A stretch of 51,011 nt of DNA, filler included, from Streblomastix strix (lineage: Eukaryota), in the NCBI GenBank assembly GCA_008636045.1. It is 3 parts of 3 records of this genome, joined end to end, with 100 filler letters (N's around TTAATTAATTAA, not from the genome) between each part and the next. Parts side by side here need not be neighbours in the genome. Positions count along the whole stretch, not along the records: positions 1 to 16,941 come from SNRW01000745.1; 2 more parts are not named here. One strand, written 5' to 3'. A model generated the notes under the pieces. That model saw only the letters and a list, made by a program, of their open reading frames with translations, made no database searches and was not told where the DNA came from. The position numbers were made by a program, and so were the translations under genes. Below are positions 1-13,721 of this stretch, one piece after another (the stretch's first letter is position 1; every line of letters starts with the position of its first letter).

Positions 1-92
1 ATTCAGTTTTCCCATTTATATATATAATATTTTTCTAATTAATATATAACATAGTCTATAATATCTTTATTCCCTTCTGCATTAACTTCTCT
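1..92 (-). repeat. Inverted copy of 2543-2634 (91/92 identical), running to the contig end
   Basis: Reverse complement of 1-92 (AGAGAAGTTAATGCAGAAGGG...AAATGGGAAAACTGAAT) matches 2543-2634 except for one base. Confidence 0.95.
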
Positions 93-1749
93 TATTATCA
101 ATTCTTTCCTTTGTTTCTATTCTTATCTAATCTTCTACTTCTCATTTTCTATCTCAATGTCCTTCTGATGAAGTTATTCGAGTTATTCTAATTCTTTCTT
201 TAGTTCTTCTTCATACTGATTTATATTCTCTTTCCTCTGATTAAGAATAAACTCATTTATTTCTTTACTGAATTCTTCCTCATATTGTAATTATGGTTAT
301 TGCATTGGTTGATAGAGTTTAATAATACGATGATCAAGAATCTGTTTAACGAGTGGACGTTTAACTGGGTTCTAGAATGAAATTAAAATAAATTAATAAA
401 TAATATATTTGTAAATATAAACAAATAGTTTGCATACAAATTGCATCATCCAACTCAAAATATTCTTCAAATCGAATGTGGTATAATATGGAAAAGGAGT
501 ATATTTTCCCGACTCAATATTTTCTATTATTTTCTCTTCTCTTGATTTCTTTTCTTTCTTCTTTTTATCTTATTAATTATTTCCATTCTATTATTATTCA
601 TTCTCTTTATCTAATTAAGATTATTTCCATTCATTCACAATCTATTCAGAATCTTGGTTGTATTCATCTTCATCCTCATCATTGAGTTATTCAAATGGAT
701 GATACCCAGAGAGTAATTCATATAATATTGAACCTATACAGAATATGTCAGTATCTTTGGATATTCTAAGGAATTAATAAGAGAATTAATAATAGAACGA
801 ATTAGATAGTATATTAATATACCTCTTATGAAGAAGTGTTTCAGGAGCTGAATATATTCTGATTATTAATTATATAATATATTATATTTATAAGAAATAA
901 TACATAATAATAAAAATTAAAATAAAATAGATAATTTTATTTGTATCTTCTATTCAAACTCTCTTTTCTTTAATTCTCCTTTTGCTACTTTCTTCAATTC
1001 TGATTATACCATAAAATCACCTTTACAAATAAGCATAATAAAATATTATATAAAGAACGAGTACAAATTAATAAATAAACCAAATTTAATAGATCCATCA
1101 GGAAGTACAAATACGTTCTCTGGTTTTAAATTCCCGTGAATTGTGCCTCATTCATGAAAAAAATTGAGTGTTTTAGCGATTTCTCCAGCAATTTTCCAGA
1201 AACTCTGAATTCAAATAGAGACAAATACATGAGTTATTAACAATATCAAATATAACTTGGATATGCATACAATTATACGTTAGAAATTCGACTGTTTCTG
1301 AAGTTCATCTATTTATTTCCTTATATTATCTTTTAAGTTTTCGAAAATAAGTTGAAAATTACCTCTGTCTTGTGTAACTGTTATTAATTAAACCTTAAAT
1401 CATTATTTTGAAAATATGCATTTAGAGTAAAATAGAACAAAATTTAATATTTTATCACAAACTGAAAATGGAGAATTAAGCTTTTTGATTTCATCTTTGA
1501 TTTCATCAGCATTTTTCTTATTTTCTCCAAATGTATTCAGCTTTCTCATGAAATATTGCTCCTTTTAGTTCTTCTGCTTTACAAGAGCATATTTTCTCTA
1601 TGTTTTCACACCTATATACTTTACAAAAGTGTCTACAAATAAGATAAATGAATAATAGAATTTCTAGGAAAAAATGTAAGCATATTCATACAGTCTTCTG
1701 TATCAGGAGTTTTTTGTTATTGAACTTTTGAACTTTAATTGTTTTCCAT
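3..1749 (-). pseudogene. NEK-like protein (pseudo)kinase, multi-exon, with an in-frame TGA; probable pseudogene or sequence error
   Basis: Spliced translation (TAR=Gln): MENNQSSK...; FWKIAGEIAKTLNFFHE*GTIHGNLKPENVFVLPDGSIKF|GDF; YSAPE; TDIFCIGSIIYELLSGYHPF; NPVKRP. GT..AG introns. In-frame TGA at 1148-1150; terminal TGA at 3-5 lies inside an inverted repeat. Confidence 0.8.
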
Positions 1750-1976
1750 TCAATACTTCAAATAAAAAACAAATTTATAATTGAAATAATGAGTAAAAAC
1801 ACTTTTTATTGTTTTCTCAGCAAAAATCATGTTATGATAGTTTAAATTTCAAATAATAAACATTTAAGCAATTATAAATAATATATTTTTATTTTTTATA
1901 TTAATTTGAAGTACAGCAATATTGATATTTCCCAAACTAGCAATTAAATTATCCACAGCACATTATCATTATACAA

Positions 1977-3470
1977 ATGGAAATTATTCTGGATAAAATT
2001 GACATTAAGAAGATAAATAGTATGCTTGAATTAAAATAAAACTAAAAAGATGAGAAAATTGATATGATTTAAAATCTTAGCTATCTAACTTCCTAAGCTA
2101 CTGAAACAAAAATAGATACTTTGATGCAAAATTTTAATGATTATACATGTAAACTTATCTATAACCATCTTGTTAGCAAAGACGATCCAGAAATTCAGCA
2201 CGAATTATATAATTTCATTGAAGTTTTGTTTTTCCGTGCTGCACAGAATACAAAGCATAAAAAAATAATCAATTTTTTTGATGCTTTCCGCAAAGAAGGA
2301 TTAATTTATTTAATAGAATAATAACTTAAGACTGCAGATATGATAAAAAAGCAAGATGATGATTCACCATTTTCTGGATTTGCTTTGCAGCTTGTGTGCA
2401 TATTTGTATATATGAAGAAAGGATTGAAGGCAAATAAGAATCTCTTGAATATATGCACATAAATAATAGGATAAAATTTTTCTTCTTTTCATTCCAAAGT
2501 CAAAAAAGCGAGTGAAGAAAAAGATATGACAGATAATATTTTAGAGAAGTTAATGCAGAAGGGAATAAAGATATTATAGACTATGTTATATATTAATTAG
2601 AAAAATATTATATATATAAATGGGAAAACGGAATTCTGGGCATAAATCACCCTCCCAATCCATCTAAACTGTCATTAATCTAATTGTAATCTGCATATTA
2701 ACACTTCATAAACAACATCTGTGATTAAACTTCAAACAGCTTCCATTCAAGTTTTGAATCATCTTTCAGATTATTATGAGCTTAAATTGTTCATTTATTC
2801 CAATTAAAGTTACTTAAATCATTTTTAACAAATTATTATTGATGCTTCAAAGGGTACAAATCTTTTAAAAAGTCATTTTGATCTCATTTAAACTACTTTT
2901 ACATTCCTTAGTAATATTGTGGCTTATTAAACATCTAATTAATATAATGCAAATTCAAACTCAGACCTTCTTCCTTCTCTTATAAATTTTATCAGGATTA
3001 AAACAAATCTGGAATTGAACAAAAACTTGAAACAAAATTTAGAGAAAATTTAATTAAAGAGTTTATAGCATATATCTAATATTCATTTATTTCACTAAAT
3101 ATCAATTTGTGATGAACTGATAAATAAGTTTAATTTAATAAATGTATTAATATAAGCTTTTGGAGTTGCGGGAGGTTGTAACGATATGAACATATCGATT
3201 AATTAGAGTTGTATAAAATTCGTATGCAATATTTTTATGAAATTTCATTAGAAAACATAAACAGATATTGAATCCCAACAGTAATTAGCTTTGAAGAAAG
3301 TATTTGAAGAGAAATTCGAAGAAGAAGAAGATGTTTCTGATGAGATTGAAGCGCAAATATTCTCCCATTAAAATTATCCAATCAGCATCTTATACGATTG
3401 TGCAGAAACTAAGAAATGGTAATTGAATGTATTAAAAGACCAATCAAATCGAAAACCTTGGGAATAATGA
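1977..3470 (+). CDS. Intronless 497-aa hypothetical protein, probably alpha-helical (ARM/HEAT-like), lineage-specific
   Basis: Single open frame from ATG 1977 to TGA 3468-3470 when TAA/TAG are read as Gln; includes track ORF 2121-2321; C-terminal region QAFGVAGGC...FEEEEDVSDEIEAQIF. Fold is inference. Confidence 0.85.
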
Positions 3471-3607
3471 TTGTAATTAATGTATAATGTTGCGTTTCAT
3501 TTGCACGATAATCAATAAATTCAAATAATTTTATTTTTCTTTGGGTAACAATGAATATATATTAAAAAAATAATAAGAAAATATCTTCTTCATCTTTGTA
3601 TATAAAA

Positions 3608-5169
3608 TCACAAATTTGTTCTTTTCTTTCCTTTTTCAATGGGTGTTTCGTTTTATTTAATCTTCTATTTACATTCATCTTCTAATTATCCTTCATTTTC
3701 TTCTTAATCTTCAATGTCATTTCTTTTTCTCTTTACTTTTCCAATTAAAATCAAATCATCTTTTCGATTTTGATCTTAATTTTATTGAGTTCTGTCTTTA
3801 TCATTAATCAATTTCTCAACGATTTCCATTTCTGCTTTGATTTCATCAATATTTTTCCATAAGTTATTCTGCATATCAAAATATTCAATTTATTATGTTG
3901 TATTATTTACATCAATAGCTCCATCAAGATTAATATCAAACTTCAATTTATATTAAAAGAAAGTCAAAAATAAAATAATAATATTCTAATATTTATAATT
4001 TGTCATAATAATATTCACACATTTAATTTCAGAAAATGTTAAAGTTTTTATTTATTCCTCACAAATTTCTTAATATTTTCTGATTGAAGGAAATTTTAAA
4101 GTGAAAGTGAATTATTCTTTCTGGTTGATGAGTCAATTTATGATGAAGATTTAATAGGTTCTGAAAGAGAAAAAAGATCAAAAATATGAATGATGAAATT
4201 ATTATCAGTAATTTATTATTCTTGATTATGTGCGTTAGATTAAAAAATTGAATCAGAATTAATATTATTAAAAGTTTAGATTCTTTATGATGATAAATTT
4301 AAAGCAGTCTTTTGTTTAACTTCTTTTTAAGGCCTTTCTTCATCAGCGATTGTCAGTCTTCTCTTTGAAATGAATTATCTTTCTCCATCTTCTTCAGAAG
4401 CTAATGTCACTCCACGCAATCCTGATTTAAACAACGGTTTTGGTTTTGGCAAAATATCTTCAAACTTCATCTTCATGAAACTTTTGTTTTATTCTGATTT
4501 TGAAGGTTGAGCTTCTATTTTATTTGTTTCTTCTGTTTAAGAATGAATTGAATTGTTTGATTTAAGTGGAATGAGAGGAATATTAAGAAATGATGATGAT
4601 TTATGATTATCTGTTTATTTATTTATCATTGTTTCAACTTTCAGTTGCTAATTTGCAATGAAATTTTGTTGTTTAGCATGTGTTGATATCTCAGGTTTAT
4701 TTAATATTGAGTTTTAAATTGGTTTTAAAAGTTGAAGTGGTTTATAAAAGGATTGTTATCTAACTGTTTCAGTTTTACTATTAATTGTTCAAGGATTTGA
4801 TTTCTTAACTATTTTCTGAATTTCATTAATGTCTAATAACGATTTAATTTTGTTTTAATTTGAAGAAAAAGAAGATGAAGAAGAATTAATTTAAATGTTT
4901 TCTTGCTATAGAATTTAAGGACGAAAACCAATTGCAATTAATCTTAGCCTTCTTTCGGGTGAATTCATTAATTATACTGTTTTCCACAATAGAATAATCT
5001 TCTTTCCATTCTTTTCTTCTTCAGTCAGTTGAAGTGCAATTTTATCTGATAATTATGCTGACTTAATGATTTCAATACCATTAATATCTAATTTGATTGC
5101 CAAGCCAGTATTAAACACAATTTACGTTAATAGTGAATGTTGCTTAGGAATTGTAGCTTTTTGAGTCAT
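3608..5169 (-). pseudogene. Hypothetical low-complexity protein with one in-frame TGA; possible pseudogene
   Basis: ATG at 5169 (MTQKATIPKQHSLL...); frame stays open to about 4021 except for TGA at 4789-4791; short putative intron GTGTGA at 4020; last exon ends ...KGKKRTNL* at 3608. Confidence 0.55.
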
Positions 5170-5189
5170 TATTACTGTATAATTTAGTG

Positions 5190-5192
<3 letters not shown>

Positions 5193-5240
<48 letters not shown>
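5193..5240. repeat. (TA)n microsatellite, about 24 units
   Basis: Perfect TA run directly visible. Confidence 0.95.
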
Positions 5241-5245
<5 letters not shown>

Positions 5246-5560
5246 ATATATTATTATAATTTTTAATAACAAAAAACCTATCTATATCGTAAATAAATTA
5301 ATATTAAATTTTTTATAAAAAATTATTAGATAATTAGATGCTGATGTTTCAGATTTTATGATAAATATCAACCAAATAAAAGCAATATATTGGAATATAT
5401 ATAAATAGAAATATGTCAAATTTATATGAATATTGAGAAAATTTTTATGGAATTTTTGTCGATCAAAAAATTATTTACAAATATTAAAATAGAGATATTA
5501 TTTTCTTTTATTATTATATATTTCAACACAACTTTCAAAAATTGATTGTTAAATATCTAT

Positions 5561-5879
5561 TCACTAAACTTCATCTATGTTTGGTTCAGGTTTTTTTCTT
5601 ATTAATAACTTAATTATACTTCCATCTTTAATGTGATGATGGCGAATAGTTTGATCATCTTTAAGATCTCTTCCTTTATGTTCAATGTACAACCTATTAT
5701 ATTCTATACCTCCTTAAGATGTAATAGCCATCTTCAATTATAATATTGTATTATTAGGTTAAAGTTAGATTTGGAATTGGACCGAATCATCAATAGCTTA
5801 AACTATTACATTAATGTGATTCTATTAAAATTGAATAAAGCAGATAATAATAATTAATTAATAAATGTAAATAAACCAT
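5561..5879 (-). CDS. Small ubiquitin-like domain protein (about 87 aa)
   Basis: ATG 5879-5877, intron 5876-5822 (GTTTAT..TAG), exon 5821-5561: NHINVIVQAIDDSVQFQIQLQPNNTILQLKMAITSQGGIEYNRLYIEHKGRDLKDDQTIRHHIKDGSIIKLLIRKKPEPNIDEVQ*. Ubiquitin-fold pattern (TIxxLK, GxxLxDxxT, IKDGS); no terminal GG. Confidence 0.8.
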
Positions 5880-6471
5880 TTCAGTTTATCTATTATTAAG
5901 GAAGCTGGTTTTAAAGGAGGAAAGGATAAGAAGGATTGGGTTGATTAATTCTTTAATGTTTTACAAGGTTCACTTTATTGTATGCTGATAAGAGTCCTTC
6001 ACCACATTTGCTTCCTATTTTCATATTAATTATCTAGTAAAATAGTTATAAAAAATGAAAAATGAAAATAATTAAGAAATTTTGATTGTAATAAGATTAG
6101 TCAATAAAAAATACAAAAAACGCTTCAATTTAATTTAAATAAATATTTAAATTGAAGAATTTTTACTTTGATGTGGCAAAACACATCGATTTATGAAAAA
6201 AAAAATTTAAATCTGCTGTCCAGATGCTGAAAGTTAATTAATATGCATAATGATATGAAATTAATAAGTATACAAACAAATTTTAAACAATGATATAAAA
6301 ATTATATATTAATAAACATTATTGGTGTATTTAGCGAAACAACAAACAATTTCTAATTTTTTCATAAAAAATAATCATTAATTGTCTCTAATTACAATAA
6401 TAAAATTTATAAAATACTGCTTTCTTTGTGGTTGTGCAAATCGAGATAAGAATGGACAATTGAGTGAGAAA

Positions 6472-9400
6472 ATGTAGCTACCAGATACAAAATTGGGTTC
6501 GTTGATCCTATTAGGTCATAAAGAGTTGCTCCAACAAGGAAAAGAAAACCTCTTCTCTGCAATTAGTGAGTTCTTTGAGTATGTATTGCCTTCAAATGAA
6601 GCGCACAATATTGCGACTGATGCACTTTTACGATGGAATTTATCTAATAATTTTCTTCTGAAATAATTGTATGTCTTCTTATTAATATAATTTGTATCAT
6701 ATTTTATAAATAGGTCATGGATATCAGGTTCAGAAATTTTTTTGCGATCTCTTACGGCTACAATAACTATCGCTTCGAACCGTGTTGAATTTTCAGGACC
6801 AATATCAGGCATGTAATAGAATTAAATTCCATTATGGGAAAAAACAACCGGCGCAGTAGAGGAACAAGATGTCTTTTTATAACGAGCAATTATTTCTGCG
6901 CCACTTCATTCAGCATGGGTGCCAGCGTATGGATTCGAGCGAATAGAATCTGATCTCTTTCGGAGCTTTCAGGGACAACCGCATTAGTTCCGTATTAGTT
7001 CTCCGTTTGGGTCAGGAGATTATGAGAATAAAATACAAAGAAGTGCAAATCTTCCCCAACCAACAGGATAAATATTGAATGCTGGAGCCAGTGTCTAATC
7101 AATAGACTTTGCCAATGTAGATGATAATTTAATTGAAGTTGGAGGTTAAGATCTAATTAATTGGAAATAAGGCGACCTTAATTAATATGATAATGAATCA
7201 AAACTGATTTTCGAAGATCATTTTATTTGTATTGGAACAAGACTATGTGATGTGCATTATTTAAAGCAAAAAAGTGATCAATAAACTAATGTAGGAGAAG
7301 ATATTGGATAAAGAAATCAATTATGCAAATATGCTTAACATTATAAATCTAAGATAAGAAAAACTAATTTGCAAAACAATGAAATAAATACAAAATAACA
7401 ATCAAATGAAAACGATAATGATTCTTCAGATATCAATATCAATAATGATCAATACTGTCAATGTATGCTATAAATCTGGAATGTTGGATAAATGTCTCAG
7501 AATTCGAAGTTTGGTGCAGTTTAACAATTTAGAGAAACAGATGAAGTGAATTAGAAAAAGAAATTGAAAAATAAAAGAAAGAATAAAAAGAAAGAAAAAG
7601 TATAAAGGAAAAGTAATAATAAAAGAAAATAAGATAATAATAATGAATAAGATGATGATAGTGATGATTTTATGAAATATCCAAATTAGATGAATAAGAA
7701 TTTATAATTATTGAGAAAATAATTTGAGAATTCTGCTTCATTAAATGTTTGATTGTTTTTATTATAAACACATAAAATATTTATTTATTTATATTCATAT
7801 TCATATTTATATTTTCTATATTAATAGACCTCCACCAATCCACTTATATCTCTTATTCGCCAATCTTAATATCCAAGTTCAATTCTGAGTCAGAAAGTGT
7901 TTGTTCCAAATCCATTGAATTATGATGAAATCAATTTGGAGAATGTAAATGAAGAAAAATAAAGAAAACAAGAAGAATAAAGATAATTACTTCAATAATT
8001 TAATTTCTTTAATTCAAACTAATAATAACAACAATAGAAATAAATACATTCATTACTTTATTAGTCAATATCATCATAAATATTATCATCAATACATTTT
8101 CCATAATAAATATTGAATCCTCATTTCTCGTTTGGAATTGCACATGGATTAGGTTGTATTATAGATCTGAAGTTCAATCCTCATATTTAAGCTTAAAAAG
8201 GAATACATTTTGGAAGAATTGGTAAAAATATTGAAGAAGAAGAAGAAGAAGAAGATGATGATGATGATGAAGATGATGAAGAAAGTTAATCAAGCGTGTT
8301 AACTAATTATGTAAATTAATATTTAATTAACTAATAATAATAATAATAATAATAAAATTAATCATCCCCATTATAATAATATGATACTCCATCTCTTTAT
8401 CCATCAAATGCATTCCCCCTACTTGGAGTATTAGCTGTATCATGTATTGGAGGAGTATTTGTATGTTCAATTCCACATCCAAATGCAGTTGAGAATGAAA
8501 TAATGATGAAGTAAGTAATTAAGAAGGAATTTAAGAAGATTGAAGATTAATTGATGAATAAATAGAAGGATGATGATATGAATTAATAATTGAATTAATA
8601 ATAAAAAGAATAATAATATAAAAGCAATAATAATAATGAATAAATTAATAAAGATTATCCAATTGTATTTCCACTTCATTCACTTCCTCATTGTTTCTTA
8701 TATTTACCTGGATAAGATATATGTAATGATGAATATAATAATAATATTAATATTAATAATAAAGATACTATTAATGATATTAATGAACAATAACAACAAT
8801 TAATTCACACATATACACACAATAATCCAATAACATGTCTAAGTCTTGAATTCTCACCTTAATATCCATCTCTTATTGGACTTGCATGTTCTGATGGAAG
8901 CATTAGACTATATAATATTGATGATATTAATTATCAGGATGGATAAAACAATTATAATATTAATATTAATAGTAACTAATTTAATTTAACGAATGAAATT
9001 AAAGGAGAAAAAGAAGATAATTAATAGAAAATGAATAAACCTTAAATTATTCTTCCTTTTGTAGTATATTCTCTTTCTGGTATAACATATATATATTAAT
9101 TATATATTTTCTAATATTTATTTTAATTATTCATATCTAATATTTAATTTATTATCCATTCCATATAATTAAGGATATCCACTTCGAACTCTCAGATTCT
9201 CTCCATTCAATCCAAGACTAATTGCATCAGCTGGACATGACTCATAAATATATATAGTTGATACTGGTATATATAATATAGAATATATAATATAATATAA
9301 ATAGAATATAATATAAATAGAATATAAATGGAATGAATTATTATTATTATTTTAATTATTTTATTTTATTTCAGGATCTCCACTTCAATTCAAAACATTA

Positions 9401-12400
9401 CTCTAATAAAGTAATTAAGATGTTTAATAATCATAATAATAACAATAAATTAATATTAGTTAAAGTACTGAAACTAAATTAAGTGAATGTATGTTGAATA
9501 TAATCATAAAATATTATTTTTGATTTATAATCTTTATTTCTCTTTAATTAATTTATATTATAAATAAAAGCCTCAACATCATCATTGGATTATTTATCAA
9601 ATTAATCTGCCAAATCTGTCAGAATAAACACTTAATCAAGAAATTGGATAATGTGTTTAGAATGGTAGAGTATGAATATTAATAATAATAATTATCAGAA
9701 TATTATTTATTATATACTTTATATTATATTATATTATATTATAACTATTCAGATGGAGGAAGAAGTATTTCATATGGATTGGAAGATAATACATACAGAA
9801 TAGTTAATTTAAGAAAAGGTTTGATTATGAATTAAATAAACATTATTTAAATTTATTTATTTTGTTATTATTTATTTTCTATTTATTTATTAATTTATTA
9901 GGAATTGTTGATAGAATAGCTAGAGATGCATTATTTGAAGAGAAAGAAGAATAAGAAGAATAAACATAGTTTGAATAATAAAGTAAAGGAGGATAAATAA
10001 TATAGAACTAAGTTGGAAAATAGTTTGTTTATTATTATGAGAAATAAAATATATAATAATATTCTATTTTATTCCTATCATATCATAACATAGATAAATA
10101 ATCCAATTACCACCACCATCAATAGTTGCAAATGTAATGCAAAGTAGAATGAATCTAAAATATGAAGGAATATAATAATAATAATAAACAGAATAATAAT
10201 AAATAGAATAAGGACAATAAATAAAGAAAAGAGGAAGACCTCGTAAATCAATTTCTCCATCTTCATCATCATCTCCATTCATGTCTTAATCTCCAAATCC
10301 ATATGAATATAATTAATAATAATTACTTCCTTCATTAATTATATAATCAAGTATTAATCCACCTGATCCACCTTATTATGCTATGAATTAATAATCATAA
10401 TAATCTTAATCATAATAATCATCTTAATATTCATAGATATCACATTATTCATTTAATTCATAACTTAAATATCCATCTCCTTAATTAATTCATAATAATA
10501 AGTAATTTAGTTCTTCATTTCATTCATAATAATCCAAATCATTAACATTCTTAATTCATGTAAATAATAACAACAATTTAACATTCTTTAATTAATAGGA
10601 TAGAAACATGAAAGAATAAACAAGTTTGAGAATAATTATACAATTGAAATTAATATTAATATTAATTAATATTCTTTTAATTATTGTAGAAAATCCGCAT
10701 ATTTCAATATATGAAAAAGTGAATCAATTCTCATTTTCATAATATGATTTTATGGGTATATATCAAATATATTGAATTTATATATAAAATTAATATTTTA
10801 TTTACTCTCTTATATAATATTCATTAATATTATATATAATAAGGATCTCCAATATTGTGCATGGATTCATCTCCATATTCTTCACTTACTTTATTGGGTG
10901 GAAGTGCAGGAAGGTATTTAATATAATATAATATTAATATAATACAGAATATATTCATAATCTAATATCATTTAAATATATTAACTTATATATTATTATT
11001 AATTAGGATTGTAGCAGTAACATAAGCACTTCCAGCAGATGTAGCTAAAGCTAAACTAGATAGAATGAAACTAAAATATGGAATAGAAATAATTGAGGAA
11101 GAGAAAAGATTAAGATAATAAGAATAATAATAATTTGAATAAGAATATAAATAGGAGGATTAAAAGGAAGATGTAAAGAAAGAAGATCAATAATAAGAAT
11201 AATAATATTAATAGGATATTTAATTAGAAAAAGAATAATAATAATAAGAATAATAGGAAGATATAAAGATAGAAGAATAAGAATAAGAGAAAGGTTAATA
11301 ATTGAATATAGAGAAAGAAGTTAATATTGAAGATAACAATAATATAAATAATAATATAAATAATAATATAAATAATAATATAAATAATGAATAACCAATT
11401 AAAAGAAAAAGAGGAAGACCTCCTTCAATATCATCTTAATCTAAATAATAAGTATTAAATACAGAATAGAAAAGATAAGGAAGAAAAACAAAGCAAATAT
11501 AAAAAGATAAAACAAATGATGATGAAGAAGATGATGATGATGAAGATGATAATGACATTCAAATTGGAAAAAGAAAAAGAAAAAGAAAAGAAGATGATTC
11601 AGATTTTGAGATTAATGATGGAGATGAAGATGAAGAAGATGATGACAATGATTTATAAATTAAAATTGAATAAGAAAGTGAATTAGAAGAAGTTGAATAA
11701 GAAGAAGAATAATACAATAATAATGATGTTGATGATGAATAATATGAAGAAGATAATGTGGACAAGAAAAGTAAAAAGAATAAAAATAAGAAGTAAAATA
11801 AATAAATTGATAAAAATGACAATTAAGAATTAATGAGTAATGAATAAATATTAAAGATTTAAATGGCTGGATTTAGTGTATGATATTTTATATTATAATT
11901 TCAATAAATATTCATATTAATATTTATTTATTATTTTATCCACTATTAATTGTATAATAGAACTTTCTAACACGTTCACATAGGATCGCATGTTTAGAGA
12001 TTGTACATGCCAAAGACATTAATGTATGTTTTTGATTCAATTTATTATATTGAAAAAATATAATAAAAATATTAAAATTAATTTATATAAATTATCTTAT
12101 CAAAAATATTTAATTTATTATTTCATTTTTAATTTCAGTTCACACTCATTGAAACATTCAATAAATTGTCCAAAGAAATAGAAAGAGAGAAATAATAATA
12201 GAAATAAAATGAATAATTGGACAATATTAATTCAATCATTCAATCATCATTATTATAATAATAGTAATAATAATCTTCTTCATAATAAACAGTATAATAA
12301 ACAATATAAACTCAATCTGAAAAGCGTCTTCTTTGGATAAATTATTTCTTAAATAACATTAGAAACTATCCAAAGTTTGAGGATTATTATATTAATTATA

Positions 12401-13109
12401 TATTATTATATTTTTTCATTATTTTCAAATTTTTTATTTATATTTATATTCATATTCATTCAGGTCTTTATTCTTCATATTTCCATTAGTGTCACATACT
12501 ATACATGCCAGTAAGAATCGAGAGATGGCACAATTAGCTCATTAATTTAATACATTGGCTAGTAATGCTATAAGGTATAATATATATTAAGAATGAATGA
12601 TATTTATGATTATGTATTAAAGAATATATTTAATGATAATAATATTTATTTATTTATTCTTTAGAACTCGGGAAACATTGAATGAAGCAAAGAAAAGTCT
12701 TCTTTAAGAATATAATTTAATCAGACAATAGAAAAGAAAGTTAAAATAAGGATAATCACAAAAAGTTTCAGATTAAGAAGAAGAACCAACAAATATTAAT
12801 ATAAAAAGTGAGATTGAACCATCAATTGAATCTTCTTAATCAATTTCATCTACTCAATAAAGTATTTTGAATAATCGAAATCCACCTCGTTTCCCATTTC
12901 CAGCAACACCCAATCTAATTGATATACAGGAAACCATTGCAAAATAGTCCGTTGATGGATCAAATTCAATCTTCCGTCTTCCACCCAGAAATTTGGCTGC
13001 AAATTGTGTCTGTTGGAACAAATGTGGACCAAAAAGTGCGAATTGGTGCGCAATAGGACTACAGGCGGGGATTGTGAGGCTTGTGCGGATCACAACAGAG
13101 TGGGAATGA
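6472..13109 (+). CDS. GTF3C2: TFIIIC subunit 2-like (GTF3C2/Tfc6) WD40 protein with long Q/N/acidic insertions and AT-hook motifs; multi-exon
   Basis: Motifs resembling GTF3C2/Tfc6 in order: ILNAGASVQSIDF, FGIAHGLGCIIDLKFNP, LGVLAVSCIGGVFVCSIPHP, LACSDGSIRLYNI, and C-terminal CVCWNKCGPKSANWCAIGLQAGIVRLVRITTEWE* (TGA 13107-13109). KKRGRPRK at about 10224-10247 and KRKRGRPP at about 11401-11424. Confidence 0.75.
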
Positions 13110-13721
13110 AGAGTTTAAATTGTTTTATATTGTTTTTTCCAATTAGTATTTGTATAATAAATTGGAAAATCTTATCAAAACCTAATATATTTTTTTACTT
13201 CATTAATTAATATTTATTAATTGAATATTTCAAAAGATGGATTTATATTCATCTTCATCTTTGTGAAAGCAAATTTGTACTTTATTACTAATGATGACTT
13301 ATAATTTCTTTTCATATTTACATTATTATTAACATTTTTCTAATCTTTATCTCTTTTATTCAGAAACAATTTTATATAGAGGTATTTTTGTAATTATTAT
13401 ATAATTATTATATATGTTAACTGTCCAATATTATATCAAATTTAATCTTTCTACCACTACATATCCCAATTTATTCACTAATAAGAAAAGCACAAAATAT
13501 TCTCTATAAAAGATAATGATTTAAAAAAATTAATTCATGTTTAATTGTTAGAGGTTTATGTATTGTACGATCAAGCTAATAAATTGTAATATAATTTGTT
13601 CATTATCTTTCTGCTGGATAAGAGCAAAGCTAAAACAAAGTCACGCATAAAAATCCGCAACTTCATTCCAGCTTTTTAGTTCCGTTGTTGCTTAAATTAA
13701 TCAGTACTATAAATGTATCAC

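Noticed and set aside
1148..4791. General reassignment of TGA to Trp or selenocysteine (all three stops recoded)
   Set aside because: Conserved Trp residues use TGG, TGA ends the HECT, chagasin, WD40 and SPRY-like proteins at the expected positions, and neither in-frame TGA is at a recognisable Trp/Cys site.
11338..11388. 12-bp tandem repeat AATAATATAAAT as a CRISPR-like or mobile repeat
   Set aside because: No spacers; simple coding slippage repeat (NNIN)n within an exon.
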